From positions 11,134,881 to 11,198,880 of the forward strand of contig NC_057746.1 in NCBI RefSeq assembly GCF_004010195.1: 64,000 nt of DNA. Direction: 5' to 3'. Of the stretch, positions 24,051 to 36,541 are shown in pieces (the first letter of the stretch is position 1; every line of letters starts with the position of its first letter). The notes below the pieces were generated by a model. That model was not told the origin of the DNA and did not search any database. It saw only the letters and a program-made list of their open reading frames with translations. The translations under genes were made by a program, and so were the position numbers. The DNA comes from Chiloscyllium plagiosum (Eukaryota).

Positions 24051-26618
24051 TTAGAGATAGATGGTTTGTTACTCCAGTTCAGGTTGGCATAAGGAGGGAG
24101 TCTTGGGTATTTAAAAAAAAAACATTAAGGTGGATAACTCCTCAATTCCAGACGGGATCTATCCCAGGTTATTGACAGAAGCCAGAAAGGGAATAACTGG
24201 GCATTGACAGTTATTATCGCAACATCTGTGAACACGGGTGAGGTCCTGGAGGACTTTAGAATTGATAATCTTGTCCCATTGTTCTAAGAGGTGCCGCAGG
24301 AATAAGCACGTAATTATCGACTGTTAAGCCTGACGTCACTGGCACGGAAGCTGCTGGAGAAGATAATGAGGGTTAGAATGTATTCCCATTTGGAACAAGC
24401 TGGGCTTCTCAGTGATAGGCAATCCTTTGAGGATGTGACAAAGTTGATTTATACGGAAGGGCCATAAGCGTCAAATACATGGATTTTTTAAAAGACGTTT
24501 GATAAGATTCTTTATGGTAGGCTGATGGAGAAGGTGAAGTCGCAAGAGGTCCAGGGTGTTCTTGTAAAAAGATGAAAATCTCGCTGAGTAACATGAGACA
24601 CAGCAGAATAGTGGAAGGGAGTTTCTCAAAATAGGGACCTGTGATCTCTGCTAAGTTGAATGTTGCTTGTAATTTGCATAAGTGATTTGGACGAAGGTAT
24701 AGGTGGTTTTATTAGCAGGTTTGCAGCTGACACTAAGATTGGTGGAATAACGGATAGTGAAAGGGAGTGTCAGAGGATGCAGCAGAACATAGCAAGATTG
24801 GAGAATTGAACGGAGAAAGTGCAGATGGAGTTCAATCTGGGCAAATGCGAGGTGATGCATTTCCGAAGAGCCAATTCAAGAACGAACTATACAGTAATTA
24901 GAAAAACAAATCTGTGTAAAATTGATGTAGAAAGGGATCTGCGTATTCAGATCCATTGTTCCCTGAAGGGGGCCTAACAGGTCAATAGAGTAACTAAGAA
25001 GGCATACAGCATGCTTCCCTTCATCAGACGGGGTGTTGAAGACAAAAATTGACAGGTTAAGTTGCAATTATATTGGTCATTGGTTCGGCCACTTTGGGAA
25101 TACTACATAAACTTCTGGTAGTAACGTTACCAAAAGGATGTGGATGCTTTTGAGAGGATTCAGAAGAGGGACATGAGGATGTTCATTGGTATGGAGGGGG
25201 CTAGCTATCAAGAAATGTTGAGTCAACGTGGATTACTTTCATTAGAAAGACAGATAGCAAGAAGCCTTTTTTTCCCAGAGTGGGGAACACAAGTGCCTGG
25301 GGTCATGGTGTGAAAGTGAGAGGAGAAAATCTTAGGGGCGAGATGCGTTGAAAGTTCTTTACACAGAGAATGTCAGCTGACTGAAAACACGTTGCCAGCG
25401 GCGGTTGTCGACGTGGGCACATGAATGGGCAGGGAGCAAAGGGGTACAGACCCTTAGAAAATAAGCAACAGGTTTATATAGAGGGCCTGGATTGCCACAG
25501 CCTTGAATGCCGAAGGACCTGTTAATGTGCTTTTTTTTTGTTCTTTGTTTTTTGGTTGGTGTTGATAGGTACTTTCAAACTGTGTTCATTTCTGTATTGT
25601 GAAACCTGTGAACGCATTCTTCCATGACACTGTCTCTCAATCTCCCTCTCCTAGTCAATGTCCATTACTCCTCGCATTTATTGGTATTTAAATTAATTCC
25701 CTCGACATTTCTCTCTGGCAGTAGTTTTTACATCCACAGCACGCCTTGTTATGACACAATGGAGATAGTGAGCTGTAAATACATTGGAGATGCACATCTC
25801 GTCATTTCCAGCATGATCTAACAGCGTTACCGAACAATTCCCTGTGATGGTTTGCACAGCGCCCATCGATACAGAGTGCTATTCCGTGTTTTTACTTCGA
25901 TGTGAAAATAAATCAAGTGCAATGATCAGTTTCTCAGATCATATTCATCAATGCACTAGCCTGATCATTTACCGTTTTGGATATTTGTTGTGGGAGAGGG
26001 GAAACGACTTACCAGGGGTAAACCAAGGCTTACACATCTCTTGTGCAGAGTCCATCCCTGCTGCTCAGAAGGGAAGGGGTAGAGGAACATGGCTTTAGTC
26101 ACGAGCGACTCCATCATTTGGGGAATATTTAGGAGATGCTGTTGGACCGAGAGATTCTCACGGTTGGTGTGTTGCATCACAGGTTTGTGATGTTTCCAAG
26201 CCTTAAAGGTAAGGGAAGCAGACCCAAGTCGTGGCACCAGCGACAGAGGTAGGAAAAGGGATGGGGATGTAAGGCAGAAATTCAATGATCGAGGGTGGAA
26301 GCTTCGAACTAGAACAAACAGAGTCGTTATCTATCATTCGTTACCCGTGACACGTGCTAGCCCGGCGAGGAATAGGGAGAGAGAGCAGTTGAATAGGTGG
26401 CGACAGGAATAGTGGAGGAGGAACGGATTCGGATACATGGATACCAGACGCTCATTCTGGAGTTGTTCGGACCACTGCAGATTGGGTGGACTAAAACCTG
26501 AACTGGAGGGATACTGATTACCTGGGGGAACTTTTGTAATGCTCTTTGGGATGGTTCAAAGTAATTCAGCAGGGGTTGGGAACCTAAATTTGATCTCCAG
26601 AGTACATGAGGTTGAACG

Positions 26619-27529
26619 TGCTGTGGAGAGATCACCTGAAACTCTGAGAGAAGTACCAAAAGGCACAGAAAATTCTTCATGAAGTTAGATATTTATTTGC
26701 AAACAAAAGCTGTGAACGAGAAAATGTCTTCTCTGTCTGCCCACACATTCCTGGGGCCCCTTCTGTTTATAATTTTCTCGTTCCCGCACTTATCTGGTGT
26801 TATTAGCATAACCAATCATACTAGCTTGCTTTAACCTTCCAAACTAATCATCTTCGGCCACACCCGTTTGCTACTTATTTTTTTTTAAATTAGGTTACTT
26901 ACAGTGTGGAAGCAGGCCCTTCGGCCCAACAAGTCCACACCGACCCGCCGAAGCGCAACCCACCCAGACCCATTCGCCTACATTTATCCTTTCACCTAAC
27001 ACTACGGCCAATTCACCTAACCTGCACATTTTTGGACTTCGGGAGAAAGCAGGAGTCCCTGGAGGAAACCCACGCAGAATGTGCAAACGCAACACAGTCA
27101 TTCGCCTGAGGTGGGAATTGAATCTGGGTCTCTAGCGTTGTGAAGCAGCAGGGCTAACCAATATGCCAGCCACTTGCACTTCAGCCACCACATTACACCA
27201 CCATCATATTTAGCATGAGCTCATCTATCACCTGATTTGACTAGCCTGTCATAGTCAGAGTCATAAAGTCATAGAGATGTACAGCATTCAACAGACCATT
27301 CGGTCCAACCTGTCCATGCCGACCAGATATCCGAACCTAATCTCGTCCCACCTGTCAGCACCCAACCCATACTCCTCCAAACCCTTCCTATTCATATACC
27401 TATCCACACTTTGTTAACATTATATTTAGCATGAGCTCATCTACTGCTCATCTATAACATGATCCTATATATGCATTGCTCCGCTAGGTTAACGCTAGGA
27501 CTGCCAAAGTAACTACCATATCTTCTGTA
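26619..27529 (-). repeat. ERV 3' LTR, interrupted by an HE1 SINE (~26890-27170) and a CR1-type 3' tail (~27250-27408)
   Basis: Homology to 33640-34095 on both sides of the insertions; polypurine tract adjacent at 27530-27541. Confidence 0.82.
26890..27170 (-). mobile_element. HE1-type SINE inside the ERV 3' LTR
   Basis: Same family sequence; LTR homology resumes after it. Confidence 0.85.
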
Positions 27530-27849
27530 TTACCCCTTTTAGACATACTTGTCTCACACAGAACAAGAATACAACGAGCTGGGCGGACAAAGGCCACATC
27601 GGTAGCAGTTGACCAGAGCAAAGAAGCTTCCAGGGTCCAGTTCACAAAGGATTCTCTCTCTCCATTCCAGTAGTCATTGAACCAAAAACCCGTCCCGTAA
27701 TAGTTAGAACAGGAAACGAAAATACCCAAGGACCGCACACAATCTAAGTATGCAGTCAACGCATTTCAAGCCGGATTCAATCTTCGTCCAGACACGGCTT
27801 CGGCACTTCAGCAGAGAGCAGATCATAGGAATAGAGCATTAGCACCTTG

Positions 27850-28900
27850 GTGGAAGAGAGGAATGGTTCCGGAGTTCGACAGAACAACGGGCAATTTATG
27901 CATAGTAAGACACACTAATAATGACTTAATAAGAGTTATTACACAGAAAAATATAAATGCAACAATAATCAGAATGATGCCTATAAAACTCCCAAACATG
28001 GCGAACCAAACCCACCAATTCAGCCAAAGCGTTATCCAATCAGCGAGAAAAACCGATGGTCAGACCCTACATTCTCATTTAGCTCCTGCATAAGATTACT
28101 TAGCTTATCCTTTACCTTATTAAATGATCCTTCCGGGAGAGTATTATTGGATATGATAGTACAGCAATGCTCCCTGAACAGTGCACTGACACCACCTCTC
28201 TCAGCCTGTCCAAGGCCTGCGTATTTGTCATGCCATTTTGCTGGTAGCATCCAACTGCTCACCTAATGCTGAAAGGGCATCATCGGTGTAATTAATAAAT
28301 CTCTGCTGGTTGCAATAGACGTAAATTATAATTCAAAATTTTTGCTGACACCGATGACAGGGTTAAGTTCTCCCAGACCACTGTAATTTCATTTCGGGCC
28401 TTGAATTCACTGGGGACGCTTCTGGGCTGACCTATACCATCAATTTCTCTGGCTGGATCAGGGATGTACTCATGTTTAGGTCGGTGCAAAATCGGTGGTG
28501 TTAAGGCGTCAGACCAGTCCTGTGGTGACACAACAAGGTGCATCACATGGGTGCAGACACCATCCTGGCCAGTGGGAAACGTCAGATGCAGTCCCCCTTT
28601 AACGGACACAACCACTAAGTATTTGCGAAGAGAACTTGCTGAGACTTCATAATAAACTAATGGTGCAGCGTACTGGCACCAAAATTTCTCACAGTCTCAA
28701 CATCAAGCGTGATCCCACAAGGGGCTTCAAAGTGGCCAACATTGGATACACAGATCCGCCAGGTCTTCCAAATTGATGGTCCCAAAGTCTGTAGAGGAGT
28801 AGAAATGTTCAGGACTGAGGAGGGGGGCATTAGTGGCTTCTCTAACCCCTCCCCAGCCATACACACAGCAGAAAAATCTCCTTTCACAGACCCATTCTGA
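27850..28900 (-). pseudogene. env: ERV env remnant (gamma-type TM)
   Basis: IDGIGQPRSVPSEFKARNEI (fish-ERV TM N-terminus pattern), AERGGVSALFREHCCTIISNN (end of immunosuppressive domain plus degenerate CX6CC, first Cys->Ser), then a hydrophobic anchor FAMFGSFIGIILIIVAFIFFCV near 27930-28005. Confidence 0.85.
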
Positions 28901-29049
28901 TATGCCCGGCGGCAGTAGTATCCCTGAAGACCTCACTCACCAATTGATCAAAGTCACGTGAAAATGTATCAATTCCTAGCGCATCCAGTTCAGTCACCCC
29001 TGCCTTTTCTTCACCCCCACTTGCATCAGCTCTGGAGTCCATCTGCGTC

Positions 29050-32000
29050 TGCAGGACAGCACTGGTGCAATAAATGAGATGATACCATGTGGATCGTCCG
29101 TCCACTTGAATAGCAGTGGGCGATGCCTTGGTTACCCTGAAGGGTTCCACTCTTCTCGGCTCATTTCACTTTCTCCCGAAAACTCGTATATGCACCTGAT
29201 CTCCGGGTTAAAAGTAACCTCTTCTTTGCTACACAATGGCTCAGTCAGTTTTCCCAGTGTGTGGATGGACTCATATATCATAGTTAGCTGCTGCTTTACT
29301 GCGTATCTCCTAGCTCCAAAAAGCTAGGTCCATCATATGGGCTGCTCCACATGTACAATGGCATGGGGCTAGCAGTAAGTATTGCGTGCGGCGTCCAGTT
29401 CGTCATGCAGTTAGTCTGCATAAAGTAGCTCATCAGTGCAAATGGCAGCACGTCCGCCCATTTAAGATTGGCACTTGCAAAAATTTTATTCAACTTGGCT
29501 TTTAAATTTCCATTAAACCGTTCCTCCATACCTTGCAACTGGGAATGATACACACATCCAAATCTCTGTTTGATGCTCAAAGTCTGCAGCAGCAACTTAG
29601 CCACGCTTTGGATAAAAACAGGCTCCTTTTTCTGAACTGATCTCTGATGGCATGCCAACCTTTCGAATAATTTCACTTGTTAAGAATCTATCTACTAAAC
29701 CAGTCGATTTCCACGAACATATGTCTTTTCCTTCTCACTGTCTTTATCATGTCCACATAGTCGATCATGAAATGCTGAAATGGTCCCTCAGGTATTGGCA
29801 TGTGTCCTATAGGGGTCGCTATCCCCTTTCTGATAGTATTTTGAACACAAACATCGCACTATGGCAATATGTAATCCACTGAGACCTGCACGTAAGGTGA
29901 CCAGATTCCCTCCTTCATTATCCTCCCCAGTACTTCCGCTCCAGCAGAGTGATCCAAACAATATGCCTCTGCGATGAGAATGGTCCAGAAAGGGGTAGGC
30001 GCCAATCACAAACCCTCCTCTGTGTACCAAAGGCCATCTTGGTTTTGATTGGCTCCCCTTTGTCCCCACAGTATTTGTTCAGCTAACGTTGCCTTAGCTC
30101 GCATCTCAATGACATCTGGTTTTATAGGCTCGGTTCCAAACGCACCTGGAGCGCAATTGCAGCTGAAATTCATCCAGTGGCCATTCTAGCCGCTTTCTTT
30201 GCTGCCTGATTACCCTTAACCACTAAATCATTGCTTTTTTGTGTGTTGGGCACTTTATAATAGCTAGCGCTATGGCCTCACTAATGCAGTCGTCAACTCT
30301 GCAATATGGTGGCAATGTTGTTTGGAATGTCCGTTGCTCTTCCTTCAGCCTCTTTGCTTTCAGACCGCCCCAAGTAAATGGCAGACACCCATGCGCATAA
30401 GTTTAATCAGTACTGATATCCGCCTTCTCATCTTCCATCAACACGCATGCTGTTGTTAATGCCTTAAGCTCAGCTAGCTGTGCTCAACAGGTTGTGGACA
30501 GGCCTCCAATTTGACCATCCTACACTGAGACTGTTCTTGCTGCACTATTGCAAACCATGCATGACCCCCGTCTTAATCCTTGTAACTACTAAGAATACAA
30601 TTTTTTGTCCTCACCAGGCAGCGCTTCAGACTGTAAATGAGCGAGCATCGTCACCTCTCTTATGCAATTATGCGTCTCTGACTCATGTTCTAGTGGAACA
30701 TAGGCTGCTATGTTCCTTGTGGCGCATCTCTGCGAGGGTATGTGTGGAAATGTCAATAACATTGAAATGCTATTATCCTGGCAGGCGTCAACCAACATTG
30801 CCCTTTTTCTAACAATTCTGCCACCTTACAGTACAAGATTACAGGATAGTGTATCATTATGGAATATATCCTGTTAGATGCAAAGTGAACCGCCACCAGC
30901 CCCTTGTAATAAGGTGGATATACTTGAGCAACTTCATCCAATTAAAAGCAACAAGCTGCCTGGCTCTCCCTACGCCCGTCTCTTGCTCATGGACCGTGGC
31001 AGCATGCACTTCCTGGGCGTTTGACACCTAAAGGTGAAAACATTTTTCATAGTTACACATGGGGAGGTCAGGATCGACTGCAATGCCTGCTTACCAGTGT
31101 TGAAAGCTGCTGAAGCGTCCTCATTCCAATGCAGTGCACTCTTCAAACATGCATGTCCTGCCTCCTTTTTAAATTCGTCAGGGAAACCATAATTTTGGCG
31201 CATTCCCCAATCCTGTCTGAACTAAATCCTGCCATCCCAAAAACGTCGTCATTTTTGCAACTGTCTCAGGCCTTGGAAGCTCGAGGCGTTGCCTCAATCT
31301 GATCAGGCGGTCTCAACTTAAGCCCCTTAGAAAGCAGTCTGCTGAAATGCTCGACCTGCTGCTTGTAGAAGTGTAGCTTCTGCCATCGACACTTTGTGAC
31401 CTCCATATGCTAACCTTTCTGGAAGTTATATGATTTGCATTGCCTTTGATTTTCTGAACTAACTAACAAATCATCAACATATTGGATTAGTGGACTTTCC
31501 AACGGTATACTCTCCAAATCTATAATCAACACCGGATTAAATACATGCGGAGAGTGCCTAAAACTCGAGACATTTGAGTATAAGTGTGCTGCCTTCTCTT
31601 CTACATAGAAGGAACCTAATATTGACATTGCTCTGCCAGTGGAACACTAAAAAATGCTGAACACAAATCAGTCACTGAAACGTCAATCATGCACCAGATT
31701 CCATTTCAGTTTAGTCGTGTTTGGGACAGGATTCTGCGGAGTTTGACAGGGAGTGCACATTTCACTGAGCACTCATGCTTCCAGCAGTCCCTATATTGTT
31801 GCTGCTATTCCTTCCTCTGCTTCTGGTTCCAAGGGGCATTGTGGTCTTCTCACTGGATTTGCTCCCTGTTTTAATGTTATTTCCATTGTATTTGCTGACT
31901 TCACTCTCCCCGCATCATTGTCATGCTCTGACCATAAAATAACCGGCAACGAATCCTATTATTCTTTATCGTGGTGGTCTCTGCCTCCAGCTATCGTTAG

Positions 32001-32860
32001 CATACTCCGTTGCGAAGTCACCTCAACCTCCATTGGGTTCCCCACCGTGTCAAAACGAACTTCAACTCTAACAGTCACTCTTTCCAGATTTCCAGACCCC
32101 GGGTGCCGTCATTTGCTAGTCACTAATCGATTCTGCCTGCTTTACCATAGGTCCCACATAATTGAACTGTTGTACCTCATTTACGAGCAACGACACATGG
32201 TGCACGGCTCCTGACACATTGTATAATTTTTCTAGAAAATCATTGTTTCTTATCTGCCACGCTGCTCCCTACTTTCCAAATATGATAGCTTCGTTCTTTA
32301 AATGCTGTGGGTTGACAACTTAAAACTACCATGGTTTTGGAATATTTTATCTCAGTCTCGTCAAGTATCACTGTGAAATGCAGCTGAAACTTGGGTGGCT
32401 TAGCTTCAGTCAGTAATGCTAAAACATCTTTTCTCCATTTCCCCAAAACTCCCAAATGTAACAGTCTTGTCTCCTATACAATATTCATTGGCGTTCCTGG
32501 CTTTCTGCAATACCACCTGAGAACTCGCCCTTTCTGAACTTAACCACTTTTGGGTATATTCCAATTTCAATTCTAATTTCAGCAAGGTGTCTCTACTTAG
32601 CAAATTAATCGATGTCCACTTGTAGACTAATAAAGGCAAGACGACATTTTAGCATCCATTTGTATTCTTACTGGAGATGCAAACCTTGTCAACTGTGGTT
32701 TATCCGAGAACCCTACAGTATTAATAAATTTTCCTCACCTGGGAATGTGGTATTTGTATTACGGTTGGACGCAAGTGTAAGTAGCTCCAGTATCTATCAT
32801 CATAGGTGTCAACCGTCCTTCTAAAATAACCTATACAATGGGTGCCTGTTCAGCCTCCTG
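29050..32860 (-). pseudogene. pol: ERV pro-pol (protease, 2H phosphoesterase-like insert, RT, RNase H, integrase), many stops and frameshifts
   Basis: MMIDTGATYTC (32783-32794) and INLLSRD (protease); DLCSAFFSVPL, FRHSPHVF and LIQYVDDLLV (31470-31481) (RT); ELKALTTAC...ISTD (RNase H); QGMEERFNGNLKAKLNK, WADVLPFALM, PFRVTKASPTAIQVDGRSTWYH (integrase core and GPY/F region). Confidence 0.92.
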
Positions 32861-32869
32861 TGTTATCAT

Positions 32870-33470
32870 AGGGTAGTGCCCCTTCCTATTCGGGTTCTCT
32901 GGACTCCCCAGCAGAATCTGTGCTGGTTGGCAGTCCCTAAAGGACCCATATGCATTTGTGGCGGGACATCCAGATTTTGCTGGTGCAAAGGTTCACCCTG
33001 GGGCTGTGAGTGCCAGGTCCAATATGGGCAACCCCTGTGAAAATGACCTGGTTGATAACATCGCCCACACACTATTTTTCAGACTCTGACTTGTCACCAT
33101 ACCCTTTGTCTTACTCAATCAAACCCAGCACAATCAATCCGCGAATTGTCCACAACATTCTTCAGGCGGGATCGGTACATTATCTCTCTAAATTTCGAAA
33201 TCCCCACTACGTTAATTTGCCGTGCCTTCAAATCCCCATAGTCAGCAACAGTCCTGTGGTTTCTGTCTTCAAAGTGTCTAATCCACTTTACTGCTTCCTC
33301 GTGTAAGCTGTGCAGCACATTTTTCAGCCCTTCTAGATCCTGGGTTCCACAATTTATTCCAGCTTCCCGCCAAACTTCAATTTAACATCCTTCTTTTGTT
33401 TTTTGGAAAGACCTTTCGGCAGTTTCCCTGCACTTCTGCCTTCTTGAGTACCTCCCATACTTGACAGAAC
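32870..33470 (-). pseudogene. gag: ERV gag remnant (capsid C-terminus and nucleocapsid)
   Basis: CGRCYQPGHFHRGCP = CX2CX4HX4C knuckle near 33025-33070, preceded by EAVKWIRHFED; only ~0.6 kb, so most of gag appears deleted. Confidence 0.75.
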
Positions 33471-33617
33471 ATAGTCCAACTTAGCAGTAATATGTTTACC
33501 TTCCTTTGTGGGAGTCCAGCCCTTATTCTTCCAATCTCAGGAGTGTCCCCAGTAAAACTGGAGAGTGCCCTGCAGGTTCCGTCCCTTTTTGGTAGGTAGA
33601 TGAGTCGTCTCTTTCTG

Positions 33618-33635
33618 AACCTGCCCGCTGCGCCA
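33618..33635 (-). promoter_or_regulatory. Primer binding site, tRNA-Ser(UGA)-type
   Basis: Minus strand TGGCGCAGCGGGCAGGTT, 4 nt after the LTR; 16/18 match to the complement of the vertebrate tRNA-Ser(UGA) 3' end as I recall it (TGGCGCAGCGAGCAGGGT). Confidence 0.75.
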
Positions 33636-33639
33636 AGTC

Positions 33640-34095
33640 TTTTGTGAAAAGATCTCCCGATACTCTGAGAGAATTATCAGGAGAAGCAGAATATCCTTCA
33701 CGTAGGTACACTTTCACTCGCAAATAAAAGCTATGGCAGTCAGAAAATGTTTTCTTTGTCGGCCCACATTGTTGTGGCCCTTTCTGTTTATACTTTTCTA
33801 CTTCCCAAGCTCTCTGGTGTCATTGCCATAACAAATCATAGTAGCTTGCTTTGTCCTTCTAAATGAATCATCTTATGCAATACTAGTCTGCTACGTACAT
33901 ATAACCTGTCACATTACACCACCGAAATCCTACTCATTCGCTCAACTGTCACTTGATTTGACTCGCTTATCATTGTGTACTACCGCTGTTTTCAGCATTA
34001 ATTCATCCATTGCTCATCTCTTACATGATCCTATGCATGCATTGCTACATTAAGTTAAGTATAGTACAACCAAAGTATCTGCCATTTATTACCCA
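33640..34095 (-). repeat. ERV 5' LTR
   Basis: Aligns by eye along its length with 26619-27529 and 17597-18023 (shared blocks such as actctgagagaa, agaaaatgt, tagcttgcttt, acatgatcctat); PBS immediately adjacent. Confidence 0.85.
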
Positions 34096-36541
34096 AGAAT
34101 CGTGTGGTCATAAATATTGTTTCAAAATCGCAAGAATGTGCCAGCAGACGGGATGGTGGTTTGAAATGTGTCTACTTCAACGCCAGGAGCATCTGGAATA
34201 AGCTGGGTGAAATTGATGCATTCCTCGGTACACGCGACTTCGATGTAGTGGCCACATTGGAGACATGGATAGAGCAGGGACAGGATTGGCTGTTGTAGGT
34301 TCTAATGTTTAGATGTTTCATTAAGAACAGAAAAGGTATCAAAAGAGGGTGAGGTGTGGCATTATTTGTCAACGACAGTATTATGGTGACAGAAAGGACA
34401 CTTGATGCGGACTTGTCTACTGAGGTAGAATGGGCAGACGGTAGAAACTGGAGGGGAGAGGTGACATTGTTGTGAAAAGTTCCAGAGATGTCGAGGACCG
34501 ATTTCAAAGATGATCCTGGAAATGAGGGAAAGTAACAGGGTCGTTGTCATGGGTCCTTCAATTTTCCGAATAGTGACTAAAAATGTTGCAGCTTGAGAAT
34601 TCTAGATTGGCCATCTTTTTTCCAATATGCGCAGAAAGGCTTCCTGACACAGTGTATAGATAGACCAACAAGATAGATGTGCACTTTGGAGTTGTTACTG
34701 TGTAATGAACGAGGCAGGTGTTAAACTTGGAGGAAAGTGAGCACTTTGGTGATAGTGACCACAATTCGGATATGTTTATTTCAGCGATAGAAATTGACAG
34801 GGAAATACCTCAGAGCAAGATTTATAGCTGGGGCAAAGACAATTAGGATGCGATTAGACAAAAATTAGGATGCAGAGGATGGGGAAGAAAACGGCAGAGG
34901 ATGGGAACAATTGTAATGTGGAGCTTGTTCAAGATCAGCGACCACGTGTCCTTGATAATTATATACCTGTCAGGTAGGCGGAAGTGGTCGAGCAAGAGAG
35001 CCGTTGTTTAGTAAAGAACTTGAATCGTTGGTCAAGTGGACGAAGCAGGCTTATGTAATGTTGAGACGTGTAGGCTCAGTTAGGGTGATTGTGTTACAGG
35101 TTAGTCAGGAACGTCCTAAAAATAATAGTAATAAATGGCCAGGGGGGATACAAGAAGTCATAAAATCATAGAGTCATAGACATGTACAGCATGGAAACAG
35201 ATCCTTCAGTCTCACCCGTCCATGCTGACCAGATATCCCAACCCAATCTAGTCCCACCTGTCAGTACGCGGCCCATATCCCTTCAAACCCGTCCAAGGAT
35301 CAGGAAATCCCTCAAGCTTTCTGCAGGTATGTCAGCAATAAATAAATAACCAGAGTAACGTTAGGGCCAGTCAAAAACCGTATTGCAAAGCTGTGCATGG
35401 ACTCTGAGGAGATAGGAGTGGCGCTAAGTCAATATTTAGTGTCAGTATTCACACTGGAAAAAAATGTTGACGAGAATACCGAGATAAAGGCGACTGGACT
35501 AGGAGGAATTGCTGTTCATAAGAAGGAAACGTTAGCAATTCTGGAAAGCGTGAAATTTTGTAAGTCGCCTGGGCCAGATGGGATTCATCCTCGGATTCTC
35601 TGAAAGTTCAGAATAAGATTGCAGAAACTTTGGCTTTGAGCTTTATGCCGTCATTGTCTACAGGAATAGTTCCAAAAGATAGAGGATAGAAAATGGTAGC
35701 CCCTTGTTCAAGAATGACAGACAGCATTTATAATCATCAAGAAAGGGAATAATTCCATTGGGGATGGGCAACACCGTTTTGTGAAATGTAGATCTTGCCT
35801 CACAAACGTTATTCAGTTATATGACAAGGTCACTAAACAGTGAATGGGGGTGAAGCGTTTGATGTGGTGTCGATGGATTTCAGTAAGTCATTTGATAAAT
35901 TTCCCCACGGTAGGCTCTTGCAGAAAATACGGAGCCATGGAATTGAGGGTTTTTTTTTAGCCGTTTGAATCAGAAATTGGTTAGTCGAAGGAACACAGAG
36001 GTCGATGTTGATCGAAAATGTTCATCCTTGTGTACTCTTGGTGTACCACAAGGACCTGATGTGGGCCCACTTCTTTTGCATTTAAATGACCTGAATGAGG
36101 GCGTAGAAGGATGGGTTAGTAAGGTCAGTGGAGTTGTGGACAGGGTCGAATGTTGTTGCTGGTTACAGATTAACATAGATAAGCTACAAAGCAGGGCAAA
36201 GTGGCGGCAAATTGAGTTTAATGCGCTATAGTATGAGTTTTATCACTTTGGATGGAGTACAAGGAATATGAAGTACTGGCTTCATGATGTTTCTGGGTCG
36301 TGTAGATTAGCAGACAGATTAGATTAGACTCCATTCAGTATGGAACGGGCCCTTCTGCCCTACAAGTCCACATTGCCCCTCCGAAGGGTAAGCTACCGAC
36401 ACCCATTCACCTACCCTATATTTACCTCTGACGAATGCAGCTAACCGTATTGGTCAGGTAAATTGTGCATGGCCAATTTACCTGACCAATACATCTTTGG
36501 ATTGTGGGAGGAAACTGGAGCACCCGTAGGATAGCACCTGC

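Larger units (their letters stand above)
20040..25545 (+). mobile_element. CR1 LINE (HER1-like), near full length, decayed
   Basis: 5' UTR, ORF1 zinc-finger/coiled-coil then SGNH esterase (DSIVRG, PVVVVHIGANYIG, VVLSGLLPVPRAS), ORF2 endonuclease and RT remnants, typical CR1 3' tail; interrupted by Penelope insertions. Confidence 0.88.
26619..34095 (-). mobile_element. Endogenous retrovirus, class I / epsilon-like, decayed provirus with both LTRs
   Basis: Two homologous LTRs (26619-27529, interrupted by SINE/LINE-tail insertions; 33640-34095), PBS at 33618-33635, PPT at ~27530-27541 (minus taaaaggggtaa). In order on the minus strand: gag CCHC knuckle, DTGA protease, YVDD RT, RNase H, integrase, env. 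Inserted in a CR1 between ORF1 and ORF2. Confidence 0.93.
25970..36310 (+). mobile_element. CR1 LINE split by the ERV (pieces ~25970-26618 and 34096-~36310)
   Basis: ORF1 esterase before the ERV; ORF2 start (GLKCVYFNARSI...ETW) and RT (KSPGPDGIHPRIL, GVPQG) after it. The junction sequence is continuous with the uninterrupted copy at ~63090-63200. Confidence 0.88.

Noticed and set aside
25840-25861. D-segment-like ccctgtg-atggtttg-cacagcg
   Set aside because: Both heptamers are mismatched and there is no nonamer at 12 or 22/23 spacing on either side.
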